A stretch of 64,000 nucleotides of DNA from Bdellovibrionales bacterium (GCA_965243065.1 CBDETO010000005.1:1470672-1534671), one strand, 5' to 3'. Positions 44,528-57,055 are shown, counted from the stretch's first letter. The notes: generated by a model not told the origin, from the sequence alone. Translations and numbers: made by a program.

Positions 44528-46417
44528 ATGGTTAGTCTATTTTCAAAATTTGTTTTCGCAGGAGAGAGGATTTGTTCAAAGGGGGTGTATTTTATCTCTT
44601 GTATTGCCTTTTTGTGCGGAATAACCAGCTTTTATGTTTTTGCGGAGCAAACAGAGAGATTCCCTAATTGGCTTTTTCATTTCCGAGGTTTGTCACGCCC
44701 CTTTCCTATTGAAGCAAGCTTAAAGGGAAATGAAGTGGATATGTCCTCTGTTCTTTCCGCTTTGGAAAGAGTTACAAAGTCCCCTTACGACTATATTTCT
44801 GAAATAGATTTTATTGTCTCTGAAGTTTCAGAAACAATAAGTCTTTTGTGTGGGAAATCCCAGCTTCCTGAAACTTGTAAAGAAAAAGCCAATACCGAAT
44901 TACAGAAAACTCAGAATAAAATATATCAGGCCCTGGAAAATCAAATTTTATATCCACTAGATCACCAACCGATAGGTGAGGCGAGTGCACCTAGATCCTT
45001 AAAACAGAGTATGGATGCATTGGATTTCGATTGTCTGGAGAAGTGCAATAATAGTGGTTTAATTAATGTCCTACGATATAGTTCTTCGGCTGACTACTCT
45101 CAACTCTATGACAAAATAAAAAGCCAAAATGGGACATGTCAAAAAAATATTTTAGATGCATTAACAAAAGAGCTGGAGTATGAAGAGTTTCCTAAAAGAT
45201 GTTTGGAAGAAGAGAACAAAAACCACCCTGTTTGCAAATCCATGCTTAAAGATCTCAATATTGTCCGGGATCGCGTTTTCGATATAGTGGAACTAGCTTA
45301 CGGCCCGGAGACTTTAAAAACCACCGAGGCGGCAGCTCCCTGTCTGGATTGTATGAGTAAAGACGGAGGAGAAAATGAATCTGTCAACCTTTTTAGTGAT
45401 TTGATTGCGAATATTCAGAAGCAAATTCAATGCCATAAGCTCAAGCCCGGTCAGGAAAAAAGAGTTTATTCTGGTACAGGAAGGGATGACTCCTACAATA
45501 TGAAAAAGGAATCGGATGGGACTTATTCTGTTTCTTTAAACTTGAAGTTTTCTGCGGATGAGGATTATGATGGAAATGTTCCAAAAGATCAGGTTCCTGC
45601 TCATTACATGAAATGGGTGCAGAAATGTATGGATAAGGCTAATCAAAAAATGTTGGGTCCTAATGGAGAACAGCTAAAAATTGTTATTAAATCTCCTCAA
45701 AAACAAGACCCTCGCTGTAGGGATATTGATACAAAAGAAATTGCTATTGGTTCCATAGATCATCGCTCTAACGTTGGAAAATATGAAGCAGATATTGACT
45801 GTCCTACTATAACCCATGAGATTTTGCATCTCCTGGGCTTATGCGATGAATATGAAGAAAGAAGCCGAGGTTATTATGTTGATGCTAAAACAGGAAAAGT
45901 AGAAGGGTACACTCAAAGTGTTTTTAATGAAAAAGATGAAACGAATCAGAAATTCAAAAATAAAGAAGGCTATTCATTTAAACCCGCTTATGGTTGTCGT
46001 GTTACAATAACAAATAGTATTATGTCCAATCAACATAAGATATGGAATAATGTTTTTAGAAATGGTAACATTGACTCCCTTCTCACTCCCGGGCAATTTA
46101 ATGCTATACTTTATGGGTCTTGTGAAGAAAAAAACAAACTATTTAATGAATGCTCTCAGTTGGCTTATAAAAGTTCGGTTACAGAAAAAGATTGTATGGA
46201 AAAAAAACAGCAATGTGAGGAGCAAAACGGCTTAGGCATGAACAGAGGAGAAGAAATAGAGAGAATCAAAAAGGAAATAGAAAGACTAGAAGGTGATCTC
46301 GCACAGTATGAAAAACCCTATAATAAAGGTTCTTACCCTGACAGAATAACAAAAAGACTACCTCGTTTAAGAGAAGAACTGAAAGCAGTGGAATCCTGGC
46401 CGGATACAAATGAGTGA
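44528..46417 (+). CDS. Cysteine-rich putative zinc metalloprotease (HExxH)
   Basis: An N-terminal hydrophobic segment, then CPTITHEILHLLGLCDEYEE (HExxH followed by an acidic DEYE) and many Cys residues. It ends in a C-terminal coiled-coil. Confidence 0.55.
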   Translation: MVSLFSKFVFAGERICSKGVYFISCIAFLCGITSFYVFAEQTERFPNWLFHFRGLSRPFPIEASLKGNEVDMSSVLSALERVTKSPYDYISEIDFIVSEVSETISLLCGKSQLPETCKEKANTELQKTQNKIYQALENQILYPLDHQPIGEASAPRSLKQSMDALDFDCLEKCNNSGLINVLRYSSSADYSQLYDKIKSQNGTCQKNILDALTKELEYEEFPKRCLEEENKNHPVCKSMLKDLNIVRDRVFDIVELAYGPETLKTTEAAAPCLDCMSKDGGENESVNLFSDLIANIQKQIQCHKLKPGQEKRVYSGTGRDDSYNMKKESDGTYSVSLNLKFSADEDYDGNVPKDQVPAHYMKWVQKCMDKANQKMLGPNGEQLKIVIKSPQKQDPRCRDIDTKEIAIGSIDHRSNVGKYEADIDCPTITHEILHLLGLCDEYEERSRGYYVDAKTGKVEGYTQSVFNEKDETNQKFKNKEGYSFKPAYGCRVTITNSIMSNQHKIWNNVFRNGNIDSLLTPGQFNAILYGSCEEKNKLFNECSQLAYKSSVTEKDCMEKKQQCEEQNGLGMNRGEEIERIKKEIERLEGDLAQYEKPYNKGSYPDRITKRLPRLREELKAVESWPDTNE

Positions 46418-46486
46418 GAGTATAGATATTTAGAGTGTGCAAATGCCTGACCTGTTTGGTATAGTGTGAGGTAAAAAAAGAGCGAA

Positions 46487-49282
46487 ATGGATACAAAACA
46501 CAATTTACAACTTCCAAAAACGGATTTCCCGATGAAGGCCCGGCTGCCGGAGAAGGAACCAAATCTTATAGAGTTTTGGCAAAGCAAAAATATTTATCAA
46601 AAACTCCTCAATAAAGGTAAAGATCGAAAATTTTTTAGTTTTGTGGATGGACCTCCTTACGCCAACGGAAACCTGCATATAGGTCACGCCTTAAATAAAA
46701 TTTTAAAGGACATTGTAGTAAAGTACATGAATCTTTCGGGTAAGCATTGCCCTTTTATCCCTGTGTGGGACTGTCACGGCTTGCCTATTGAATTAGCTGC
46801 TCTTAGAAAAATCAAAAAAGAAAAAAAAACCTCTCCATCCCCTCTTTCTCCTGCACAAATAAGGGAGCATTGCCGAAAAGAAGCCGGGTTTTGGGTGGAC
46901 AAACAAAAACAGCAGTTTAAAAGATTAGGTGTTTTGGCTGATTGGGATCACCCCCTTTTAACCATGTCTGCTGAGTACGAAGCCCAGGAAGTACGTGCTT
47001 TAGCCCAAATCGCCAGGAAAAACCTCCTCTATAGAGGTAAAAAACCGGTGTATTGGTGTCCCGCTCTTCAAACCGCTATTGCCTCCTCCGAAGTGGAGTA
47101 CCATAAACACAAAAGCCCTTCTATTTATGTTAAATTTCCTTTTTTGGAACCCCTGAAAGAAGGGAACTTACCCCCTAACAAACCCTGTTTTTTTGTTATA
47201 TGGACCACCACCCCCTGGACTCTTCCTGCCAACCTGGCTATTTGTTTAAAAGCCACCTTTACTTATGCGGTTTTTGACACAGGAACAGAGCTTTTTATTT
47301 TAGCAGAAGATCTAAAAGAAAACTTTGAAAAAAATACTGGGTTAAAACTAAAAAAAATCTTCAGCTTTAAAGGAAAAGAGTGGGAGCATAAAAAAGCCAG
47401 GCACCCCTTTATGGATCGGGATTCTCTGATTGTCCTGGGAGATCATGTCACTAAGGAAGAGGGAACAGGCTGTGTGCACACCGCCCCTGGACATGGGCTG
47501 GACGACTTTATCGTTGGAAAAAAATATAATCTGCCGGTCTTTGTACCCGTTGACGAAAAAGGATGTTTTACTTCCGAAGTGCCGGAGTGGAAGGGCCTTT
47601 TTATCTTTAAGGCTAATCCTTTGATTATGGAAAAATTAAGACAAAACTCCTGTCTTGTAGCGGAAAAAGAAATTGTGCATAACTATCCCTTTAATCCCCG
47701 CTCCTCCACTCCTTTGATTTTTAGAGCGACCGACCAGTGGTTTATCCAGTTTGATAAGCCCGAATATTCCATAAGAAAAAAATCTCTATCCGAGATCAAT
47801 CATAACATTCAATTTTATCCTCAATGGGGCAAACAAAGATTAAGTGCTATGATAAAGAGCAGCCCTGATTGGTGTCTCAGCCGGCAGAGGAACTGGGGGG
47901 TGCCTATTCCTGTTTTTTATTGTCGTCAGTGTCAACATGCCCTTATGTCCGCAGATATAATGGAGGAAGTGGCAGACCAAATGGAAAAGTCAGAAAAAGG
48001 CATCGAATATTGGTTTCTCCATTCTGTGGAAACCCTTTTATCGAATGATAGAGTCTGCCCCAAGTGTCAAAGCACAGAATTTGAAAAGGGCACAGATATT
48101 CTGGATGTGTGGTTTGATAGTGGTATTTGTCACGATATCTTTAAAAAGAAATATGGTGCTCACACTTTTCCGGCTGACCTCTATTTGGAAGGAAGCGATC
48201 AACACCGAGGTTGGTTTCAAACCAGTCTCAATTCCTCCCTTTGTATTAATGACAAAAGCCCTTTTAAAACTCTTATCACTCATGGTTATGTCAACGATGC
48301 AGAAGGATATAAAATGAGTAAAAGCAAGGGAAATGTCGTCAATTTAGAAAGGATTATTCAAAACAGAGGGGCTGAAATTGTACGACTGTGGGTATGCAGT
48401 GAAGATTATTCTCAAGATTCTCAATTTACCGGAGAAATTTTTGACCGGATTAGTGAATCTTATAGAAGATTTAGAAATACCCTACGCTTTATGCTGGGAA
48501 ACCTTTTCGACTTTGATCCCGAAAAAGATATGGTTCCCTTCTCCCGTATGAAAAAAGTAGATCAATGGATTTTAGGCCGGCTAAAAGATCTGGTGGACAG
48601 GACCCAAACTCACTACGAAGGTTTTTTATTCCATAAAATTTATCAAGACTTAAATGTCTTTTTTACTAAAGATCTGTCCTCCCTTTACCTGGATCTGTTA
48701 AAAGACCGCCTATATACTTTTAAAAAAGAGGGCTTGGAAAGAAGATCAGCACAAAGTGCTATTTATCTTCTCTTGAAGAATCTTTTATCCTTGATGAGTC
48801 CTATTATGACCTTTCTCAGTGAAGAAGCCTACCGATACCTCCCAGGAAAAAAAGAGGAAAGCATTCTGCTCACTCCTTTTCCATCCGCACCGAAAGAATG
48901 GCATCAAGCCAAAATACGGGAATATTTTAATACCTGGTTGAAGTGGCGGGAGGAGCTATACTCTCAAATAGAATTTTTACGAAAAGCAAAAGAAATTGGC
49001 TCCAGCCTGGAGACACGAGCTGTATTAAACATGCCAAAGAGTGTTTTGGCCGATTTGAAATGCAGTACGGATGAAGAGGGTATTCTGGATGACTTAAGGG
49101 AGTTATTTATTGTATCTCAAGTGGAGCTGCAGGCTTTGCAGGAGCCGGCTTCGCGGGGAGCAAACCAGATCCGTATAGAAGTGCAAAAAGCAAAGGGGGA
49201 AAAATGCGACCGGTGTTGGAATTACAGTGAAGAGTTGAATAATCAAAAAATATGTCTTAAATGTAAGAGTAACCTATTATGA
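46487..49282 (+). CDS. ileS: Isoleucyl-tRNA synthetase
   Basis: PYANGNLHIGHALNK (HIGH), KMSKSKGN (KMSKS), the editing domain, and a C-terminal Zn-ribbon CDRCWNY..CLKC. Confidence 0.9.
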   Translation: MDTKHNLQLPKTDFPMKARLPEKEPNLIEFWQSKNIYQKLLNKGKDRKFFSFVDGPPYANGNLHIGHALNKILKDIVVKYMNLSGKHCPFIPVWDCHGLPIELAALRKIKKEKKTSPSPLSPAQIREHCRKEAGFWVDKQKQQFKRLGVLADWDHPLLTMSAEYEAQEVRALAQIARKNLLYRGKKPVYWCPALQTAIASSEVEYHKHKSPSIYVKFPFLEPLKEGNLPPNKPCFFVIWTTTPWTLPANLAICLKATFTYAVFDTGTELFILAEDLKENFEKNTGLKLKKIFSFKGKEWEHKKARHPFMDRDSLIVLGDHVTKEEGTGCVHTAPGHGLDDFIVGKKYNLPVFVPVDEKGCFTSEVPEWKGLFIFKANPLIMEKLRQNSCLVAEKEIVHNYPFNPRSSTPLIFRATDQWFIQFDKPEYSIRKKSLSEINHNIQFYPQWGKQRLSAMIKSSPDWCLSRQRNWGVPIPVFYCRQCQHALMSADIMEEVADQMEKSEKGIEYWFLHSVETLLSNDRVCPKCQSTEFEKGTDILDVWFDSGICHDIFKKKYGAHTFPADLYLEGSDQHRGWFQTSLNSSLCINDKSPFKTLITHGYVNDAEGYKMSKSKGNVVNLERIIQNRGAEIVRLWVCSEDYSQDSQFTGEIFDRISESYRRFRNTLRFMLGNLFDFDPEKDMVPFSRMKKVDQWILGRLKDLVDRTQTHYEGFLFHKIYQDLNVFFTKDLSSLYLDLLKDRLYTFKKEGLERRSAQSAIYLLLKNLLSLMSPIMTFLSEEAYRYLPGKKEESILLTPFPSAPKEWHQAKIREYFNTWLKWREELYSQIEFLRKAKEIGSSLETRAVLNMPKSVLADLKCSTDEEGILDDLRELFIVSQVELQALQEPASRGANQIRIEVQKAKGEKCDRCWNYSEELNNQKICLKCKSNLL

Positions 49283-49794
49283 AAACATATTTAAAATATT
49301 TTCTATTTTTAACGATTTCTTTTGCTATTGTGGCCTTGGATCAAGCTACTAAGTTGATGATCCATACCCAATTTAATTTAGGTGAGAAAAAAGTCATTAT
49401 CCCCGGATTTTTCAATATCACCTATGTGAGAAATACAGGCGGAGTGTTTGGTCTTTTCTCCCAAAGCAATGATGTTATCCGTATGGTATTGTTCATTATT
49501 TTGCCGGTTTTAGCTTTCGTCCTGATTCTTTCTATTATACATAAACTGGATATTAAACAAAAATATCAATTATTGGCTTTCTCCTCCATTTTTGGAGGGG
49601 CCTTGGGAAATTACATAGATCGCATCCACTTTGGATATGTGGTGGATTTTTTGGACTTTCATTACAAAGGCAGAGCCTGGCCCGCTTTTAATGTGGGCGA
49701 TATGTGTATTGTCATCGGGGTTTTTTCCGCTATCACCATTATTTACATCACAGAAGAAAAACAAAAAAAGAAGGCCCTTATGGAGGAAACTTAG
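49279..49794 (+). CDS. lspA: Lipoprotein signal peptidase II
   Basis: ALDQATK, NTGGVFG, FGGALGNYIDR and VVDFLDF..WPAFNVGDMCIVIGV are LspA blocks. The ATGA overlaps the ileS stop, the classic ileS-lspA arrangement. Confidence 0.85.
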   Translation: MKTYLKYFLFLTISFAIVALDQATKLMIHTQFNLGEKKVIIPGFFNITYVRNTGGVFGLFSQSNDVIRMVLFIILPVLAFVLILSIIHKLDIKQKYQLLAFSSIFGGALGNYIDRIHFGYVVDFLDFHYKGRAWPAFNVGDMCIVIGVFSAITIIYITEEKQKKKALMEET

Positions 49795-50354
49795 AGATGC
49801 TCAGCAGAATAGGCAGATTCTTTAAGATGAGAAGAGGTTGGACGGGTTTGGCTAGTAGTTTGTTGACGATTTACCAGGTCCATCTCTATACGCACCGTTC
49901 TCATCTGTTCCAGTAGTTGATACAGCTGATACTCATTTTTAGACAGAGCTTTTTTTAGAGAGTCCATCTCTTTACCATAGCTTTGGACAAACTGACTGTT
50001 GCGACGCATTAGGTCCATAACTCTTCTTTGATCTTCTTTTCTCATTTCTGGTTGAACCCAACTTAATATTTTTTCTTCCCACTTTTTAAATGTCTGTTTT
50101 GTCGTGGAATCCAGCTCTTTTTGCGTTTCTGATAAGGAGGACAGTTTTTCCCGTGTTCGACCGAGCCACTTCATTACCTTGGAATAAATCAGATCCATCT
50201 TTTCGTTACAAGCTTCTACTTGCACTTGAGTGCGATCCAGACGAGACACCAAATCTTTCCAGTCTTTGAAAGAGACATACATGACATGGCTGTCCTCTTT
50301 TGGAGAAGAGTTTTTTTGGGAGGGGAATAGTTTATCTATTATTTTTCTAGCCAT
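49791..50354 (-). CDS. Hypothetical coiled-coil protein (187 aa)
   Basis: ORF only. It is convergent with lspA and overlaps it by 4 nt. Confidence 0.4.
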   Translation of the reverse strand: MARKIIDKLFPSQKNSSPKEDSHVMYVSFKDWKDLVSRLDRTQVQVEACNEKMDLIYSKVMKWLGRTREKLSSLSETQKELDSTTKQTFKKWEEKILSWVQPEMRKEDQRRVMDLMRRNSQFVQSYGKEMDSLKKALSKNEYQLYQLLEQMRTVRIEMDLVNRQQTTSQTRPTSSHLKESAYSAEHL

Positions 50355-50496
50355 ATTTATTTTTAGTGAGAATCGTAACTATTAAATTTTATATTTTTTT
50401 TATAAAAGCAAGCTCTGAAGTAAAGCAGCATATTTATTTTTTTCAATGATAAAAAAACACTCGACGAAAGCCCTGTTTATAATTTATCCTTAAATC

Positions 50497-51462
50497 ATGG
50501 CCTCTGTCACTGATTTTAAACAATATCTTTCAAAAAAAGTTCCGGAAAAAAAAAGAGAACACGGGATTATCTATAATTATTTACATTGTTTCTGCGAGGA
50601 GGAAGCACAGTTAAGTTTAGACTTGTTCACGGAGTTCTATAGAAAGGTGCTCTTATTTCCTTATTGGCAAAGCCGCCTGCCCTCTTTACAGCGAGTTTTA
50701 AAAGCGGAATTGACCGCCTTTGAAAAATTTTACTATTCCTCTCAATTACATTTAGAAGATTTAGTTCCTAACGAGCAATGGCAATTGATCACCATACAAA
50801 ACCCGTCAGATCTGATACACCTAGTAAATTATTTTTTGCAAAGCAATATTTCAAAAGGAGATCAAGTCCAGGTGCTTCCCTTAGATAAAGAAAGAGTCCT
50901 GGGTTTGATATTAAGAAGCAATAAAAACTTAGATGTTTTTAGCTTTGGTCCTTTAGCTACTATGAACCAGGGAACACTGGAACCTCTTTCTCCTCTTTCC
51001 GAGTTATACTACTCAGATCAATACGAATTAAGACCGGTCTATCGGCAGGTCCTGGAAGACGGAAATCTTAATTTTATTCATTTTAGTATAAAATGGCCTG
51101 TGGCTACGGGTTATCAATGCCAAGGCTTTTGTTTTCAACAACAGGCTCATTTTAAAAAAAATATAAAAGAAATAGAGAGTTTGTTTTGCCTACTAAAGCA
51201 GATAGAAAGCCGATTTATTCAATCCAAATCAGATCCTCATTATAAGCAGCTGATTCAGTCGCTACATAATCATTATCGCCAAATCCTGACGACTCCTCCT
51301 CCTCATAATGTGCTGGAGACAGAACAATTATTATCTCAGGCTACAAAAGCCCTTAAAGACCTTTATCCACAGGATAGGTTGCTATTTTTGCTTACAGCTA
51401 ATATAGATTTTCACTTTAGAAAACAAAAAAATAACAGTCCGGTAGCAAATCCATCACCATAA
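50497..51462 (+). CDS. Hypothetical protein (321 aa)
   Basis: ORF only. No motif recognised. Confidence 0.45.
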   Translation: MASVTDFKQYLSKKVPEKKREHGIIYNYLHCFCEEEAQLSLDLFTEFYRKVLLFPYWQSRLPSLQRVLKAELTAFEKFYYSSQLHLEDLVPNEQWQLITIQNPSDLIHLVNYFLQSNISKGDQVQVLPLDKERVLGLILRSNKNLDVFSFGPLATMNQGTLEPLSPLSELYYSDQYELRPVYRQVLEDGNLNFIHFSIKWPVATGYQCQGFCFQQQAHFKKNIKEIESLFCLLKQIESRFIQSKSDPHYKQLIQSLHNHYRQILTTPPPHNVLETEQLLSQATKALKDLYPQDRLLFLLTANIDFHFRKQKNNSPVANPSP

Positions 51463-51496
51463 ACTATTGAATTATTGCCTGCCTTTTTTAATAGGA

Positions 51497-51580
51497 CCTT
51501 GGACCCTCCACCGGCAAACTGTTTTCCTGAAGGCATACAAGCTCATGGAAGCACTGTCATTCCCGTGAAAACGGGAATCT
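51497..51580. repeat. R4 half-element followed by an R1-type hairpin
   Basis: AGGACCTTGGACCCTCCACCGGCAAACTGTTTTCCTGAAG (51497-51536) is the reverse complement of 56857-56896. CTGTCATTCCCGTGAAAACGGGAATC sits at 51553-51578. Confidence 0.75.
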
Positions 51581-51661
51581 AGTCCTGTTAAAAAGGAAAG
51601 ACAAATTGTTACCTTCCCATCTCATAGACAAGGGTAGATCCAGCTGAACAAGGATATTCCA

Positions 51662-52432
51662 ATGAAAAGAAAAATTCTTCGATTAAATCATTTTTTATCT
51701 TCTTGCGGGCTGTGTTCTCGCAGAAAAGCAGATGAAATAATTAAAAGCGGGAAAGTTACAATTAATAATAAAAGAAGTTTAGACCCGGCAATGAAGATCC
51801 ATCCCGAAGAGGATCAGGTTAAACTGGATGGGAAAAGGATTTATCCTCCTCAACAAAAATATTACATAGCCTTTAATAAACCTAAAAAAATTATCACTTC
51901 TATGAATGACCCTAAAGGCCGCCCTTGTATAGCCGATTACTTTAAAAAAGCCAAAGACAGAATCTTTCCCGTAGGGAGGTTGGATTGGCATTCGGAAGGT
52001 TTGATTTTGCTTACTAATGATGGAGATTTTTCCAGGAAAGTGTTACAGAAGAAAATACCTAAAACCTATCTATTAAAATTAGACGGACGACCTACGACGG
52101 CTCAGCTTTTGAAATTAAAAAAAGGAGTCTATACAGAAGTGGGAAGATTAAAAGCTGTATATATAAAAGAGTTAAAACAGCAGGCCAGTCAACATAGTTG
52201 GGTAAAAGTAATGCTTACAGAAGGCCGAAACCGTCAGCTCCATCGTATGTTTGAAAAAATCGGCTTTCAAATTAAAGTATTAAGAAGAATTGGTATAGGA
52301 AGATTAAAGTTAAGATCTCTTAAGCCTGGAGAATATTTTTTTCTTTCCCCGATGGATATAAAAAAAGTTTTTTCTTTGCCTTCTGAACTGCAAAGTAAAA
52401 AATCCCGTAAAATATCAAAGCGGGAAAGATAG
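51662..52432 (+). CDS. Pseudouridine synthase, RsuA/RluB family (S4 domain plus catalytic domain)
   Basis: S4 domain RLNHFLSSCGLCSRRKADEIIKSGKVTIN and the catalytic motif GRLDWHSEGLILLTNDG. Confidence 0.8.
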   Translation: MKRKILRLNHFLSSCGLCSRRKADEIIKSGKVTINNKRSLDPAMKIHPEEDQVKLDGKRIYPPQQKYYIAFNKPKKIITSMNDPKGRPCIADYFKKAKDRIFPVGRLDWHSEGLILLTNDGDFSRKVLQKKIPKTYLLKLDGRPTTAQLLKLKKGVYTEVGRLKAVYIKELKQQASQHSWVKVMLTEGRNRQLHRMFEKIGFQIKVLRRIGIGRLKLRSLKPGEYFFLSPMDIKKVFSLPSELQSKKSRKISKRER

Positions 52433-52511
52433 TTGGATCCCTCTTTTAAGATGCTGGAGAGCTTTTGGAAGAACAGTACCTTCCTTTTTTGCAGGAGAGC
52501 TAAATAAAAAC

Positions 52512-53036
52512 TCACCTCTCTTTTTTCATAGCTCTTCGGGCGGCTTTATCCATTTCTTTTCTTTTAACAGCCTCTCTTTTGTCTCTTTTTTGCTTCCCTT
52601 TTACTAAAGCCAGCTCCATTTTGGCTCGCCCGTTTTTAAAATAAATTTTTAAAGGGACACAGGATAAACCTTTTTGGTGTAGCTGACCAAGTAACTTTTT
52701 TATTTCTGGCTTGTTAAGTAAGAGTTTTCTTTTTCTCTCCGGTTCATGGTTCCGATCCGCAGCAGGTCTATAGGGGCCAATATGAACCTTTTGAATATAA
52801 GGCTCCGACCTTCTAAACACCACATAGGAGTCTTTTAACTGACAGTTCCCGTTCCGAAGCGATTTCACCTCCGAACCCGTTAAAACTAGCCCTGCTGAAA
52901 AAGTTTCTAAAATAGAGTAATCAAACCTAGCCTTACGATTAACAGCCACTACAAAGTCAGAGGAAAGCTTTTTTTTTGAAATGGATTTTTTTCTCATATA
53001 CCGATCCGGTATAGAATCCCCATTCCCCGCTTCCAC
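52512..53036 (-). CDS. smpB: SsrA-binding protein SmpB
   Basis: VAVNRKARFDYSILETFSAGLVLTGSEVKSLR..HI.PY....N.....RKRKLLL plus a basic C-tail. The real start is probably MRKKSISKK, 13 codons in. Confidence 0.85.
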   Translation of the reverse strand: MEAGNGDSIPDRYMRKKSISKKKLSSDFVVAVNRKARFDYSILETFSAGLVLTGSEVKSLRNGNCQLKDSYVVFRRSEPYIQKVHIGPYRPAADRNHEPERKRKLLLNKPEIKKLLGQLHQKGLSCVPLKIYFKNGRAKMELALVKGKQKRDKREAVKRKEMDKAARRAMKKER

Positions 53037-53037
53037 A

Positions 53038-53250
53038 TTATTCGTCTAAAGAAGAAGAACTCATCTGCAAACTGATTTTAGGGACATGCGCTCCCTTTAC
53101 TGTCTTAAGCTTATTTGCCACCACATTATCCGCTGCTTTTTGGCAAATTTTTTCAAATTCCACATTTAAGGCTTTAATAGCTTCATCTGAAGTTTTTAAA
53201 CCGCGAGTTTTAAATAAATCCTTAGTTTTTTTAACAATAATTAAAGACAT
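53038..53250 (-). CDS. Small histone-fold-like protein (DUF1931-like)
   Basis: LIIVKKTKDLFKTRGLKTSDEAIKALNVEFEKICQKAADNVVANKLKTVKGAHV resembles the DUF1931 pattern (V.K.KVKE......R.S.DA..AL...V..L...A...A...GRKTV...D). The assignment is from memory only. Confidence 0.4.
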   Translation of the reverse strand: MSLIIVKKTKDLFKTRGLKTSDEAIKALNVEFEKICQKAADNVVANKLKTVKGAHVPKISLQMSSSSLDE

Positions 53251-53410
53251 GTTTTTTCTCCTTTTTTTGTGCTTTTAAATAGATTTTCTTATTTATTATC
53301 AAAAACCCGCCTTCTGTCCAGAGAGAAACCGGATTTTTTCGTATTTTTTACAAAAAAAGCCATTTTCTTGATTTAAAAAGGCCCGAATTCTTTGTTTCTT
53401 TTTTTATTTC

Positions 53411-53692
53411 TTACTTCAAAACCCCGGAAGGATCGCCCGGGTTATTGATTTTTTGCTTTTGGTCATCATCGTCCGCTACCCCAAGACCAATATTAGCCAT
53501 TACATTTGAGGGATTGATCTCCCGCGCCACAGCTTTGCCAGCTCCTTCACTGGCATTGTCACAAGCAGCTATTTTTTGAGCTTCTTTATTATCCACAGAC
53601 CCCACACTCGAAAAAACCTCTAAAGGCAGGAACAAAAGACTATAGACCAGTAAATAACGACAAAAAACTCTCATTTTTAACTCCTTTATCAT
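53411..53692 (-). CDS. Small secreted hypothetical protein (93 aa)
   Basis: The signal-like segment RYLLVYSLLFLPLEVFSS. No motif recognised. Confidence 0.35.
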   Translation of the reverse strand: MIKELKMRVFCRYLLVYSLLFLPLEVFSSVGSVDNKEAQKIAACDNASEGAGKAVAREINPSNVMANIGLGVADDDDQKQKINNPGDPSGVLK

Positions 53693-53828
53693 CTATTGTA
53701 TCTTAACAAACTAATCGGATCTTTTCTCGTTTTTATAAATTTTTTTTAAAGATTCAAAAAAATAGCCTTTTAGTCGGTACTGAAAAAGTTTTATTAATGT
53801 CATTCCTGTACGTGTTCACTAATTCGCT

Positions 53829-56138
<2,310 letters not shown>

Positions 56139-56319
56139 CTACCCATCTGATTTGATCCGTATATGTAGATAAAAACACACAATACCTTGACAGACAAACT
56201 TCTTTGGCAATACCATAAAATTCATCTATTTATACTGATCTTATTTGATCTCCGTTCCCCCGCTTTGGGTTTAAATTAAAATATGTTTTTACAAAATTTT
56301 TTTATAAAAAAAGGCTCTA

Positions 56320-56610
56320 ATGAATAAACAAGATTTAATTAAAACAACGAGATTGGCTCGGTTGAAATTGTCTGAGGAAGAAGCGCAGGAATTTACAGAA
56401 CAGCTGCAATCGGTATTCAAGCACTTTAATCAAATAGCCAGCATTGACACTAAAGGAATAACTCCTTTAGTTTATCCTTTAGAGGGTCTTGTGTCACTGG
56501 AACCTCTCAGGAAAGACCTTGTTCAGAAGGGGGAAAATAAAGAAGTTTTTTTATCTTTAGCCCCCGAGAGACTGGGGAACGAATATAAGGTACCCCCCGT
56601 GATGGATTAG
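56320..56610 (+). CDS. gatC: Glutamyl/aspartyl-tRNA amidotransferase subunit C
   Basis: ARLKLSEEEAQEFTEQLQSVFKHFNQI..IDTKGITP is the typical GatC pattern. The size is right and gatA/gatB lie downstream. Confidence 0.8.
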   Translation: MNKQDLIKTTRLARLKLSEEEAQEFTEQLQSVFKHFNQIASIDTKGITPLVYPLEGLVSLEPLRKDLVQKGENKEVFLSLAPERLGNEYKVPPVMD

Positions 56611-56646
56611 GGAGACGGGAAGGTAACAAAGCAGGATAGAGATAGG

Positions 56647-56766
56647 CTCTTCAGTAGAGAATAGGGATTAAAAGCGAGTTCGGATTTGACACAGGAGCAA
56701 CTAAAGGTTGCTCTGTGGCAAACCGCATGTCTGAGACTTTTAAGCCCTATTCTCTACTTGAAGAAG
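56647..56766 (-). repeat. MITE-like palindromic element, family R2, copy 3 (inverted)
   Basis: CTCTTCAGTAGAGAATAGGGATTAAAAG ... CCCTATTCTCTACTTGAAGAAG. The interior is the reverse complement of 43170-43260. Confidence 0.8.
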
Positions 56767-56853
56767 TGATTTTGTCAGCGAATTAGTGAACACGTACAAT
56801 CCCGCGGAAGCCAGAAGCTCGTTGCTTAAGAGGAGAGGGACTTATTAGTAAAT

Positions 56854-56962
56854 GTATCTTCAGGAAAACAGTTTGCCGGTGGAGGGTCCAAGGTCCTTAG
56901 CTTTCTACCTAAGAAAGACAAGGACCGTCCCGAGAGAGGCAAAGCTGTTTTTCTGAAGATAC
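56854..56962. repeat. R4 palindromic element (about 109 nt hairpin)
   Basis: Arms GTATCTTCAGGAAAACAGTTTGCC..AAGGTCCTT and AAGGACC..GGCAAAGCTGTTTTTCTGAAGATAC, with an inner stem CTTTCT/AGAAAG. The left arm matches 51497-51536 in reverse. Confidence 0.75.
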
Positions 56963-57055
56963 GCAATTAAACGGGAAGTCAAAGGGTTTTATTTGGCGCA
57001 CTTTGGTAAAATCTATGGTGATAGCTTATTCCTATAGAAACCGAATGGATCTAAA

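Noticed and set aside
46418-46486. T-box or other leader upstream of ileS
   Set aside because: Only 69 nt separate the upstream stop and the ileS start, far too short for a T-box riboswitch. No specifier or antiterminator structure is evident.
52433-53410. tmRNA (ssrA) gene next to smpB
   Set aside because: The flanks of smpB (52433-52511 and 53251-53410) are too short. They lack a tRNA-Ala-like acceptor/T-arm sequence (no GGGGC..., no TTCGA..CCACCA end).
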